DNA of 64,000 bases, taken from NCBI RefSeq assembly GCF_016432865.1, contig NC_067398.1, positions 492,404,001 to 492,468,000 of the forward strand. Reading direction: 5' to 3'. The position numbers and the translations under genes were made by a program. Position 1 is the stretch's first letter. Every line of letters begins with the position of its first letter. Shown here piece by piece: positions 38,962 through 52,149 of this stretch. The notes beneath the pieces are model-generated. The model was given only the letters and a program-made list of their open reading frames with translations. It did no database searches and was not told the origin of the DNA. This stretch comes from Antechinus flavipes (taxonomy: Eukaryota).

Positions 38962-41900
38962 CTGAGTATGTGTTTTGGGTGGAAAGTGCCCCAAATACCT
39001 CAGGAGTAAAAAGGAAATAATATCCACCAAGTAGATAAACTATGTGTGGATAATTGATAATTTGTGTGTGTGCATGAATGCATGGGTGCATGGGTTATGT
39101 GATGAATGGTTCCAAAGATTTTGATACTCTTGGTGACCTACCTTTCTTGGATTATATCATCCATTAATTGTGTTATTTGTGAAGGAAAGGAACAGGGAAG
39201 TAACAGACAGTCCAAGTATTACATTGTTACTCACAAAATTTTCCCTTCGGTATTTTATTTTCTGGATTTGAAAAATTATTGACAACTTTTGTTTTCACCT
39301 TATCTTATTTTTTAAATACAACTCTCCCTTCCACCCAGAAAGTTACTCTTTGTAACAAAGAATAGAAGAACAAAAGAAGAAATCTTAAAGAAATATTAAA
39401 AAAAAAAACCAACTAAACTAAAGGACAGTTTTGAACATATAGGGTAAAATCCTCACTGAAGGATTAGAGGGAGGGAATGACTAGCATTGAATGAGAAAGT
39501 CCAAATTAATTGTAATCTGTACTATTATTAAGAATATCCACATTGGCCATAGTACTGATCCACTAAAATATTGAAGCATAATTGGTGGCCATGAGTCAGA
39601 AAGTGGGTAGTCCTTTATACCTTCTGGAAATACGAAGAAAAGAGGAATAGCTTACCAAGAACATTAGGCCCTTAAAATGATGACTGCCGGCCTCTTGAAC
39701 AAATGTTGTAGCTATAGTAAATGAAACCAATCTCTACAATAGATTTGCAAAGAGCCTGCTCATCTTAGACCTGTCTCTTCAATCACATCCATACCTAAGG
39801 TAGCATCATCACCTGGAGCATCATATTCAAACAAAACAGACAAGAGTTCCTGATGGATTCCTCTGCTCAGTTGGCACATCATAAATCCTATTGACTGCCT
39901 ATTAGGGAGTAGGGGAACTATGAATCCAAAATTGATGCTATTTTCTTCTAGATTTTTGACCCCAGCTGATGTTTGTCTTGGAATCAGCACTTTTGAAAGT
40001 GATGGGATAAGGTGGGATGGGGGAAGATAGGGAAGAGAGGAGGAGTGGAAAGGAATCCCATTATGGTTTAATTCCTTTGAGAAATGTGGCCAGGATCTAT
40101 CCTTATGTCATAAGTCCACTGGTCTGTTATGAAGTAGGCATTTGTTTTTTTGTTGTCTGACCTAGAACTACTGAACGAGTGGATTTTATCATGGGAGAGA
40201 ATCTGGACCCAGCCCTCGTATTTCAACATCTACAGTTATTCACTGGAAAGCTGTCTACTTGAAATGTATAACAGTGTTATTTTCCTTATAAATCAGACCT
40301 TGCCATTATCCTGCTTCTTAGAGAAATACTAGAGAGATGAAAGTCTTAAGTCTCTGAGAACATGCCTTTCAAACTCTGTCAGTGACTTGCCTATTCCCAG
40401 GGTTCTGTACATCATTAGAAGACATTAAGATTGATTCATGAAAAGAATGACAAATGTTATGGAATAAGTGAAATTTTTCCTATTGTTTATAACTCATCCT
40501 TAACTTTCAACAAAAATGCCATTTTTATATATTTTTAAGTGGGTCTTGAGATGCTCTTGCTATTTCAAAATATGAAATTTCTGTAAATAATTAGCCAAAG
40601 TACTTATTGCATTAGCATTTAGAAATTAGTGCTCATGGAAAGTGACATTTATTTGAGAAAGTTAGGGGAGAATTTTCCAAAAATTAAACAACTTAATCCA
40701 AGTTTCTGATTGTGATTCAGTCAAGTCAGCAGAGCCTCCAACTCCCTTGGTGACCTGCATTTAATTCTATTTTGTTGAAACATTTTCCCTAAGTGCGGCA
40801 TTCAGGAAGTCAGAACTGGCGCTGCCCACTTGGCTCTGCTTTTAAGCCCTTGCATTAGTTCTCCAAATGCACTCAGGAAGTTCTCAGCACCTCTTCCCAG
40901 AGCTCATCCTATTGTCAAGCCAGGCTTTCTCCCTGGTCCCCTGGTAATAGGCTCAGAAGCTTGTAGCCACATTGACTGTCAAGTTTCCTAATCTAGCTAC
41001 ATATCCAGGAACAAATCTCAGTTTTCGAAAAGCCTCTTTCTATTTCTTAGGTTGAGCCATATGTATTTTGCTCTTACCACATCCTATTCACTTATGACCC
41101 TGTCATTAACTTCTGCCTTTTAATAGGTGCTAGTTCTGAGTCCTGTAGGCAGCTTTATGGGAACACTTTTTGATACCTAGTAAGATTTGACTTCAGCAGT
41201 CTGTTTTCTCTCCTCTCTATCTTGTCTTATAAGTCCTCATTTAATCCCTCCATAAATCTTCAATGGAAGATCTACCCACTATACAGGTCTTCTTGGACCT
41301 GGGGAAAGGGCACCCAGGCTGGGACCCTTATTTTCCTGTCAAAGGATGCTTTTCCTTGATCAACATAGTGATTTATGGCTATTTCCCACATTAAGGCAAA
41401 GACCTCATTATTTGTACTCAAGACAGCAACTTGACAAATACTATAAATGACCAAGTTAGTGTAGCACATAATAATTGCATAATAAATATTTGGTGAGTAA
41501 ATGAATAAAGCATGCAAAAATTCAATCATAAAAAAAGATCCTAGAAATCCTCAAAGATGATATTGAGCAATAATAACATTTGTCCCTTATGAGGATACTG
41601 ATTCTATTCTCTGTAACTTGAAAGGACATAAGTAAGCATAGTAGAGCTAAAGGGGAATAATGAATGTTATTGGAAATGAAGAATTATCAGGAAAGATTGA
41701 ACAACCCTTTGAAACACATGGAGAAAAATGGTGATCACATGACCCCATTGAAAACAAATGAAAAGATCATAAAATCATTGATTTAGTTATGGAAGTCACT
41801 TTATATTTAGAGATAGAATAAACTTTATTTTGTATTTCCTACTTATCCAATAAAAACAAGATAAATGCAGCTTATTCTCTATTATAGTTATTTGTTCATT

Positions 41901-43199
41901 GTCCCCTCCCATTAGATTGTGAGCTCTTTGAGGTAAGGTCTTTTGTCTTTGTTTGTGTCTTCAGCACTTTGCATAGTGCCTGACTGTCAGAGTTTAACAA
42001 ATGGTTATTGATTGATCTAGAAACCATCCAGTTCAAATCCCTCATTTTTAGAGATTAGAAAACAAAGTTCCAGAAATGATTAATAGTTCACGTATGGTCC
42101 CACAGCTGGTTAGCAGCTAAATCAAGAAGTAAACTCAGATCCCTTGATCCAAAATTCAGTGTTCTTTATACTATCTCACATAACTGTGGTGTAAATGGAC
42201 TTAAATCATAATAGTGAGGATTAAAGTAGTTGTAAGAAAGAACCTCCTGAGAGTTGTTTGCTAATTACTAAAACTAAGTGCTATATAAAACTAGAATTTC
42301 CTTTGCTGGAGGACTTTAAAAATGCAGAAGTTTTAGAATATTTGGGCATAGTTCTTCCTGGAAATTAATGAATAGAAAAGATAACCTCAACTATTTGTCT
42401 TCCCAGCTTTAGATTTCATTTATTCCTTTGTTTATTCCTTCATTCAAGAGACATTTATTGAGGACCTGAAATGTGGGATATTCAAAGAAGACTTTACTGT
42501 TGCCTTTATGTAATTTATAGGAAAGTAATTTTATTCTAATAGATTGTCTCTAGTTTATTATTAGAATAATAGAATTTTAGAGTTGGATGGGATCTGTGAG
42601 ATCACTGAGTCTCATTTATAATCTTATCTAGAAATTCTGTTTATAGCCTCCTTGTCGGGAAGTCACTTGTCTTCTGTTAAAGCATATTTTCTTTTTTATA
42701 AGTCAGTCCTTTCCACTGCTGCTTATGTCAAATATTTGAGTAATATTTTCTTATGCAGTTACCACATTCCATGATATTCTCCATGCCAGTTGAGTCACAT
42801 ATATAGCTTGATCTTAAATGAGTACTTTTTATGAATAAATAATGGGAAAAAATGCTGGACACTACACTCTTAACTGTCAAAGGCAGGGGGAAAGGAGATG
42901 GAGATAATCATTTAAACAAATAATTGGAGTTCTGGAAATATAGTCTGGGATTAAAATGAAACTATACTTAGTTGAAGATGCAACTCAGAATTCTTGCTGC
43001 AATCAAATCTAAAGGAATTACTTAGAAGAAAGGATCTGATGGCCAATGATTCTGTTCTCATCAGTCTGCTGTCACTATTATTCTGATCTCTACTGCTACA
43101 ACTGAACCTATAGAACTGAATTTAGAAGTCAGTGTGAAAGTACAGTGCCTTCTGAAATTATTGTTTATAAATTTTTCTTTCTCCTTCAATGTTTTCCAT

Positions 43200-44900
43200 T
43201 AGCTCCTTGCATCTTCCTACCACTTGATTAGAATTGAAACCTGATTTCTCCCTAAAGACATGACATCCTTTGCCACTTTTTTTTAACTCTCTAATGCTGC
43301 CTATTTATTCCTTGTTTTTTCCCCAACTGCTTTCCTTCCAAAGTCAGAAGCAAGTATACTACCAACACAAAAATAATTACTCCTTTGAAGCTTATATTAT
43401 GCTCTTCAACTCCTAATTGTGATCATTTACCAAGAAGATATGCTTCTACCTTTTTTATTGGCTTTACTTAAGTCTTTGGTTTCCTTTCTTTTTTCAGTTC
43501 TGCCCCAGTTCATAAAATACCTTCCCTCTGTCATTGTCCTTGTTGACTTTGATATTCATGTTGATAACCCTTTTAACACATTGATCTTTCTTCAGCTCCC
43601 ATGATCACTACTTCTACTCCCATAGTCATCATTCAAGGGAACAACACTAATTGAGAAGAGTCTCAAATTCCCATCCACCCACTGAGGGCAGTAGGCTTAG
43701 CATAGCAGAGGGTACCAGTAATAGCAAAAACTCCCTATTCCTCCTGATCTTGCTTCTAGACTCGGCTCTGTAGTTATAATTAAAGGGAGCAATCCTTGGC
43801 CAAAGGGACTGTCATCCCCATCTCTACCACTACCAACTTCTAACCAAATGCCAAAGACAAACAAGTAAATACAAGGACTCTTAGAGGCAGCAACTAAACA
43901 TAATATTAGCCAAACTTAGTCTCACAGCCCAGAGAATCAACCGTTGTGATCTGGCAACTCATTCTGCTGGATCTGTATCTCCTGCCTCTCCAGAATTCAT
44001 GACTCCAGAATCCACACAAAAAGAATCATTGGTATTGTCAAATTGTTCAACATCAGAATTAAAATATGATTTTATTATTCTTGAAAATGACATGAAAAAA
44101 ATATATTACTATATCTTTTGCTGTTGCAACCTACAGGCCACTGACACTTTCCATCTGACTTGTAGCTAAAATATTTACTTTATATTGTCTCTTCCTATTA
44201 GAATTTGAGCCCTTTGAATGCTATTTATATCCCTCAATACTTAGCACAGTACTTTGTACCTAGTAAGCACTTAATTCAAACTTATGTACATTGGTTCTAC
44301 TGAACCACTTATCATCTGAAACTTCTGGTTTCCTGAACTCCCTTCTAACAATAATTAGATTCCCTTCTAACAATAATCTCCTACCCTGTCTCCCATGGCC
44401 TTATTCCTCCTGATCCTATTATTTGACCTCATCCTGACTTCAGAAGTTTCTGCTATAGCTTCCCTTCCCTCCCTTCCTGATCTTTGTCCCTGGTGCCTGC
44501 CATTTCAATAAAGACTCATCCTTCTTACTTGAAACCCCTCTGGCCTTGTCCTTATACTGTCCCTTCTTTGCTGATTCTCAACCCTACATTATCCTCAACA
44601 GTAACTTTCATTGCTTTTTCTTCCTTAGCTGCCAAATGCTGCTGGGGACAGAGACAACCACTAAAAATGCGTGTTATCTTGCTTCAACTGGGCCATCATT
44701 ACTGCTGCACAGCAATCCTTTTATTCATCTCTGATTGACTCCTTATCATGCTTTCCACAGCAGCTATTTCAAACTTCCCTCTCTTTACTCAAACTCTGAT
44801 TCTTCTTTCACTCCTTCCTCTCTCAGCAGGTGACCTCGCTGCCCATATTATGAATAAGATTGAATCTACTCATTATGAACTTCCTCATTTCTACCCTTGA
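43200..44900 (+). mobile_element. Decayed L2 fragments (unassigned block at ~43640-44130)
   Basis: cttgttgactttgatattcatgttgataacc...; cttagctgccaaatgctgctgggga... resemble L2 ORF2. Confidence 0.55.
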
Positions 44901-45088
44901 AAACATCTCTGTGCCACAGGATTATGGAATCATAGTGAACATACCTTAGAGCAGTATGTTAGAGCCACAAAGATCATCAAGCATAACTCCCTCATGTTGC
45001 ACATGAAGAAACAGAGAGCCATAAAAATTAAATGATTTGTCCAAAGTTGTACAAGTTGCCTTGATTATGAGTTATGAATCAGCTAAGT

Positions 45089-45275
45089 CAAAGCTTCTTA
45101 AATTATGGATTATGACCCCACATGGGGTCATGTAACTGAATGTAGGGTCCCAAAATTATAACATTCTCCATAATTGTTGGATTCCTATTTTATATACCTA
45201 AATACCAGGGGTCATGTGAAAATTTTCTCAGGAAAAAAAAAAGAATCATGAATGGAAAAAGTTTAACAAGTCTTG
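45089..45275. mobile_element. hAT MITE with decayed 8-bp TSD
   Basis: Ends caaagcttcttaaatt and aaagtttaacaagtcttg; flanks agctaagt and agctagat. Confidence 0.8.
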
Positions 45276-45599
45276 AGCTAGATAATATAGTACATAGAGC
45301 ACTTGAATTCAAATTCTGCCTCAGACACTTACTAATTGTGTGATCTTGAACAAATCACTCAACCTTTGTCTCACTTTCCTCATTTATAAAATGGGTTTAA
45401 TAACTGTCCTTACCTCCCAGAAATAAGGTGAGGATAAAATGAGATCTGATTTGTAAAGTCCATTATAAACCTGAAAGTACTAAATAAATGGTACTATTAT
45501 TATTGTTTGTTGTTATTATTATTATTATTATTTTTGATTAGAGGCAGAGATATGATTTAGAACACAAGTTCTCTAACTTCAAATTCAGTGTTCTTTCTA

Positions 45600-47390
45600 C
45601 AATTTCATGTTTTTCATCTTTTCCTTTCTTGCAATTTCAGAAGGGGAAGGAGCATTTGCCCTTGATCCCCTCTTGATACTTCCATAACCTCGCTTCATAG
45701 ATCATGCTCTTTCTCTCATATTACTTCTATTCTTCTTCTGGTTCATGCCATCTGTCTATGGTTTCCATTTCTCCTCTGCTCAGTTTCCATTATCCTAAAA
45801 ATCAAAAGAAAAACTTTTTTTTTTATGATCCTGTCATCCCTTTACAATATCATATTACATAACATCTTCTTTTTACTGCTAAACTTCTAGAAACCATATC
45901 AAGAGCCAACAAAATATGGCCCAAGAGTCAAATCTAGTCTGTTTTTGTAGGGCCTCTTTATTCTGATGCAAGTAATTCTTAGCTTTCTGCCTACAAAAAG
46001 AGCCAATAGTCTGGATTTTGCCAAGCTCTGCTCTATAGTCACTGTATTCACTACCATATTATGAGTGATTTGTCCAGCCTTCCCTCACTTAAATTCAATT
46101 CACTTCCATGTCATGACATCACCTCTTCAAAAACGAAGGGCAAACATCAATAACCATAATACATTTCTCATTCGGTACTATGCCTTTTCTTGGGACATAT
46201 ATGCAAATGACTTTATAATCCATTTATTTATCTCATTTCCGAATTTTTACTGGTCCAATGGACATTTCTATCTAGATGTCTTCCCTGTAACTCAAATTCA
46301 ACTTATCCAAAAGTGAACTTATTTTCCCCCTACCACCCAAGTTTATTTCCCAGGTATTATTAAGACTCAAAGTCTGAGAGTCATTTTTGCCCTTATCCTT
46401 TAAATAAGATCAGCTGCTAAGGTTTACTTTTCTGCTTCTATTATATCTATCACCCATCTCTTTGCTTCTCATATTGCCACCACCCAAGTTTAAGCTCTGT
46501 TACTTTTCACACTCACATGGACTATTATAATAAACTTCTAATGGATCATGTATATAAAAGCATTTTGCAAACCTTCTGTCATATAAATGTCAACTATTCT
46601 TCTTTTTCTCCTTTATAGCTGTCAAGTTAATCTTCCTAATGCACAGACCTGACTGTATCACTCTTCCTAGAAAATTTTCAGTAGTTCCTTATTTCTTATA
46701 GAATAGTTTACAAACTACTTGGTCTATCATTTAAGCTCTTCTACAATATATTTATGACCTGACCTACATTTCCCAATCATTTCCCATAAATTCCTTTCAC
46801 ACAATCTGTGTTTTGGCCAAACTGAACCACTAGCTATTTCCTGCTTTCATCCTACATCTGGGGAAATCATACAATGTGTATCTACTATACTTCTTCCATA
46901 TCTCTTCCTTTTAAAATCATTTTGCTTTAAAGTGTTGTTAAAAGGAAAATTGGGCCTTCATCTTGATTAAATAAGGCACAGTTTAGGGGAAATAGAATTA
47001 ATTTTTATTAATCTATCAAGGTAACAACATGTTGATAGGCTGATCACTAGAGATCTGCAAGGGATTCAAGATGGAACCAGCTTTTACTGATGACTTTCAT
47101 AATGAGACAAAGACAATTCAGATAGGTCCACTTTAGCAGAAAGGAATGGGCCATTGTGTCCCAGCTCCTCCCTCCTTGCTTCTGTGTCCTATGAAAAGCA
47201 GATAATACAAAAGGTACAGACTAGATGATATATGCCTTCCTCACCACTGATTGACAAACAGATCTGGATAGAGTGGGGTCACTGAATCAGCATAATTTTC
47301 AATTATCATTGTTTTCAATAGTGCTACTTCTGCTTAAAGCCTTCTCTCATTATTCCAGCTGAATGTGAATTCTTTCTCTGTAAATTTTCC
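45600..47390 (+). mobile_element. L2 interrupted by a probable solo LTR
   Basis: L2 motifs (aattcaacttatccaaaagtgaactta; catggactattataa) resume after 47317 with agtgctacttctgcttaaagccttc. Confidence 0.7.
46933..47317 (-). mobile_element. Probable solo LTR (385 bp)
   Basis: TG...CA ends, flanks aaag/atag, AATAAA on minus at ~47004-47009, clean interruption of L2. Confidence 0.5.
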
Positions 47391-48490
47391 TGGAGATCAC
47401 AATCCAGGAACTACCCCTTAGCTAATCATTGTTATTTATAAATAAATGAAAAAAAGTAATAATGCATCATTTAGCCAGTTCTACTTTCTCATAAATGTTT
47501 TTATTTACATAATAGCATAGATCATAAGGAAATCTCATGATTATTATCATTTCACAAATCTGAGATATAATATGGGGCAAAAATTAAAGAAATACAAACA
47601 TCTTAACCAAGAAATCTAAATCCTGGCTCCTTCCTACAAGAAGAAAACATTTACTTTTTCCTACATATATTGTTTTCAATTTCACAAGACTCAATTTTAC
47701 ATAGTTTTCCTCAGCCTTCTTTACCTATATTAACACTGATCTACCTGCTTTTGTAATTCAGAGCAATTGAAAGCCTTAATTCAGATATTTTTAGGGAAAA
47801 ATTACTTCAGGTTCTGCTAATTACTTGTTCAATGTCATCCAGAAGAATATATATATTTTCAGTTGCATAGATTTTCCTGTTTTGTACTTTTGCCTCCATT
47901 CACCTCTTTACTCTTTTGTCTTACTTTCCCCTTTATGTCCAAGACAAAAGAACTGGCAATAATTAGAACAAAATGTATTCTTCATACATGTGGACTTCTT
48001 TCTAGTCAGGAGAAAATTCTTTTGCCAATTACCTTTTACAATTTTTACTCAGTTCTTCCTGATAGAGACTTTTGTATACCATATAGTCTTTTTGATAACC
48101 ATCCAGATATGAACACATAATTTATTTCTGGCTCTGGCTGGGATTTTTTTTAAGGGTCAAGTCTTTATTTTTCTCTTTATACTTAAAAAAAAATCAACAA
48201 GATAATGGTCCTTAAAAGCAAAAAGTGATATTTTTAAAGAATGTGTCATCTGAAGATATTCTTCAATTTTCATCATTGTCATTTAAAACATTTTACTAGG
48301 TATTTAATTAAAATGTAGATGGTTCTACCCTTGTTGATATATGAAGAGAATTCTAAAGTAGCTCATGGTCATAACTGGTTCCAATCAGTTATCTTAGCAG
48401 TCATCAGCAGGAATTGCTGCTGTGTACCTCAGAGCATTGATTTGTGAAGCATTATTATGATTCTGTGTTTGCTGAGAAAACCCCAATGGG

Positions 48491-48609
48491 TTGTGGAAAT
48501 ATGTTTAAAAGGATTGTACACCTATATCAGATTGCTTACTGTCTTGGAGAGGGGAAAGGTAAAGGAGGAAGAAAATTTTGGAACACAATCTTACAAAAAA
48601 TGGATGTTG
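48491..48609 (+). mobile_element. 119-bp L1 3' UTR fragment with 15-bp flanking duplication and no poly(A)
   Basis: gaaaaccccaatggg at 48476-48490 and 48610-48624; the host is an RTE/MAR1-type tail. Confidence 0.8.
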
Positions 48610-49916
48610 GAAAACCCCAATGGGGTCATGAAGATTTGGACACAAATGAAACAGCATAACAATACAAAATTATAATTCTAATATCACAACTTTGTGTCAC
48701 AGATCCAATTCCCTAAGTATTTCTCAAAAAAAACCTTAAAAATTGTCTGCCTGGCAAGTAATATTCTAGTTCTTAATCTTTAGTATATCATGGATACCTT
48801 TCTCTCTGGTGAAAAAAATTTAAATGTATAAATTAAAATAAGATTATAAATAACCAATTATATTGAAATAAATATTAACCAATCAATAAATATTTTTCAG
48901 CACTTAATACCTGTCATGTACTGTGTTAAGTGGTGGGGATACAAAGGAAGGTTATAACTATCTGTGCCCTCAGGACTTAAATTCTGATGGGGGAGACAAT
49001 GGGCAAATTTCCAGCATCAATTGAAGGTCATTTCAGAGGGAGACACTACCTCACAGACCCCTCTGAAATCAATCCATAGTGGAGTTTCTCAGATCCCTGT
49101 TAAGAAACTTTAGTTTAAAAAAAAATTGGGCTTAATTTAGTGAATATCTGTACAGCCATTTTCTCCCATCCTTTCTTCTTGCTCCAGGGACAGGTCTGTC
49201 TTAGCTGACAAGCAAATTGACTGATTTTAGAAATTTAGGAAAATTCTATACTTTGAAGTTACTTAGCAGGTAAATGTGCTTGAAAGTGAAGAATTGTACA
49301 GTGAAAACGATAGTATTTACTTCTAAACTACCTAGGAATTCATTTTATTCTCACCCCTTTGGTGACATCCTTAGAAAGTCCTAGATCGAGGCTGCATAAT
49401 GGAATAATTTCCCACTTTCTCAAGGGAAAGAAACTTCTGGTTTTAATGTTATGGTATGCTGTATAATAGTAATAATCTTTATGGCTTTGTAGTATACTCC
49501 CAATAAACAGCTTTGGAGATAGATTAAATGATTCAGTTTTGCTTTGGCCATCAATCTATCTCAGCAGCCGTTTACTGCCTTATATACAATAAACCAATAG
49601 CGATTATCCTTTAATTCTAAATAACCACGATCAGGGATTCAATGACAATGAGAACAGCAGGAAACTCTAAGTAGTATGAAAATAACTTCATAAGCACCAG
49701 TGAGGTTTTCCATTATTCTGAGGTCTGAGGTGAGTCAGTGGCCTGGTGGGACAGGGAATATATGTCTTCCAAATGCTGCCTCGTTAACCTTTGGAAGAAC
49801 AGTTGATTGAGAGGTGTCAATAAAGAAGGACTTGAACCCCCAACTCCAATTGATTTCACAACCATAGAGAAGCTTTATTCATTACCAAATTTGGTAATGA
49901 CATTTTCATGTCTCAG

Positions 49917-49953
49917 ATCTACCATGGGGAAATCACCAGAGACTCAGGGATGG
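49917..49953 (+). CDS. Candidate 37-nt exon (IYHGEITRDSGM, phase 0-1; or start exon ACCATGG, MGKSPETQGW)
   Basis: Acceptor cattttcatgtctcag, donor TGG|gtaaga; upstream strong donor GAG|gtgagt at 49729/49730. Confidence 0.3.
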
Positions 49954-50308
49954 GTAAGACATTAACTCTTGCTACCCTGCCAGATTTGTCAGCAGCCACA
50001 AGGGCTTAAAATTATAGATCTAGAATAGCTGATCTCCCCTGGTGACAGCAATCTGCTTTTCAATTTTGCTGTCTAGAACAGCCAGCTGTGAACCTTTATA
50101 TAACTTTTCCCAGTCCCTTAATTACCACATGACAACCTCAGGGCTGCTAATACTAATATTGTTCTGAAGTTAGGTGCTTGTGACTTTATAAGTATTCGAA
50201 TACAACATTTTTTTGTGATTATTATTTTTATTTCAGTCTGGTCCTATGCTAAGGAAATGCAGAGTAGCAACTGTTCTACAATTTACAGTCTCATAGAATT
50301 AGTTATGG

Positions 50309-50530
50309 CAAGCTTGGTAGTACAATGGATAGAGCACCAGGCTGGAGTTCAAATCCAGGTTCAGACACTAGTTACATGACCCTGGACAAGTCACATAACT
50401 GTTTGCCTCAGTTTATTCATTTGTAAAATGAGTTGGAGAAGGAAATGGCAAAACACTCCAGTATCCTTGCTAAGAAAACCCCAATGTGATCACAAATAGT
50501 CACACATAGCTGAAATGACGGAACAACAAA
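50309..50530 (+). mobile_element. MAR1-type SINE
   Basis: gtacaatggatagagcaccaggctggagttcaaatcc...gagttggagaaggaaatggcaaaacactccagtatc. Confidence 0.85.
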
Positions 50531-51505
50531 GAGTTAGCTGTCAGAGACAAATGAGATAACTTGTCCAGAATGTCACAGCCAATGTAAATGAAAGACCACA
50601 TCTGGACTCCAGTTTTCCTGGTTCTAGAGCTAGTTCCCCATTCACAATGCCACGTTGCCTATGGAAAATATAATTCAATTACAGAATTAAAGAGAAGTTT
50701 TGGTTTAAATGTTATCTCACCTGATTTAAATCATATTATTTTTTAAAGTCCCCATAGAGATATGTAGAAATATTAAGTGTGTAGCAAGGAATCAAATGGA
50801 AAAGGTTCTGGATTAGTTGGGTAAAGCTGATGACTATCAATCACTCTTTCTGACATAAGTAGCTCCTATTTAGGAGGAGGTGAAAAGGAATCTCATGCCC
50901 CCATAATCCATTTGGGAGAGTGAGAGTATAGAATTTGGACCACATATGCTGGCTTATGAAGCTCACAGCTTTTCCTAGATAGCAACTGGGGATGAAATTT
51001 TTGCCCAGTTGTTAACTCTCTTTGGATCTACCATATTATTGTTCAATTGAATTTTGTTTTGCCTCTAGATTAGTGACTGTGTCCCTACCCATGGATTCCC
51101 TTTTTTGATTGCTTTTGGCCAGTTCATTATATCTTGGTTTCTAAGCCATTGCCATTCTAGTATTCTAGGTTCTCCAAGTGGAAAGGGACCTGAAGCAGTA
51201 TTCTTTTCTTCAACTATATATAACCCAAGTCTTCTCTTTCCAGGATACTCATACTTTTCAAGTAACCTTTTCATGGCTTGATTTTGAATCCCATTCACCA
51301 TCTTTTCTGGTTTGTTGATGTCATTCCTAAAATATGACCTTTGAAATGAACCCAATGTGGACTGCCTTGGATTTTGGATGCTGCATCTTTATTAATATGA
51401 ACTAAAAACATATTTTTGGCTTTTATTGGCTGCTGTGTCAACGAACTCAAATTGAACTCAGGTTCAATATTATCTCTAGGTCTCTTTTACTTGAACAGCT
51501 TTCCT

Positions 51506-51670
51506 GGAGCAGCTGGGTGGCACAGTGGATAGAGCACCAACCCTGAAGTCAGGAGGGCCTGAGTTCAAATCTGACCTCAGACATTTAACACTTCCTAGAT
51601 GTGTGACCCTGGTCAAGTCACTTAACCCCAATTGCCTCAGCAAAAAAATAAAAAAATAAAAAAAGATAAA
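51506..51670 (+). mobile_element. Full-length WSINE1 with A tail and 15-bp TSD
   Basis: ggagcagctgggtggcacagtggatagagcacc...aaccccaattgcctcagc(A)n; TSD ttgaacagctttcct / ttgaacaacttttct. Confidence 0.9.
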
Positions 51671-52149
51671 TTGAACAACTTTTCTATCTAAATCTCTCCC
51701 TCCTTTGCTGTTCACTTTTTTGAAGCCCAAGGTAGGATATTGCATTTTTACTTCCTAAATTTTATTTTATTAGCTTTTTTTTTCTGTCCAACATGTCAGT
51801 TTGTCAGTGATTTTTTTTTAGTTATATCTGACTCTGTGATCTCACCAACCCTGAAGTCAGGAGGGCCTGAGTTCAAATCTGACCTCAGACATTTAACAAT
51901 TCCTAGCTGTGTGACCCTGGGCAAGTCACTTAATCCCAATTGCCTCAGCAAAAATATAAAAAAATAAATAAAGATAAATTGAACAACTTTTCTATCTAAA
52001 TCTCTCCCTCTTTTGCTGTTCACTTTTTTGAACCCCAAGGTAGGATATTGCATTTTTACTTCCTAAATTTTATTTTATTAGCTTTTTTTTTTCTGTCCAA
52101 CATGTCAGTTTGTCAATGATTTTTTTTTAGTTATATGACTCTGTGATCT
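51535..52149 (+). repeat. 308-bp head-to-tail tandem duplication (51535-51842 / 51843-52149)
   Basis: About 8 substitutions and 2 small indels between the copies. Confidence 0.95.

Noticed and set aside
49917-49953. YHGEITR as an SH2 domain start
   Set aside because: No conserved Trp, and no following helix or FLVRES-like exon found.
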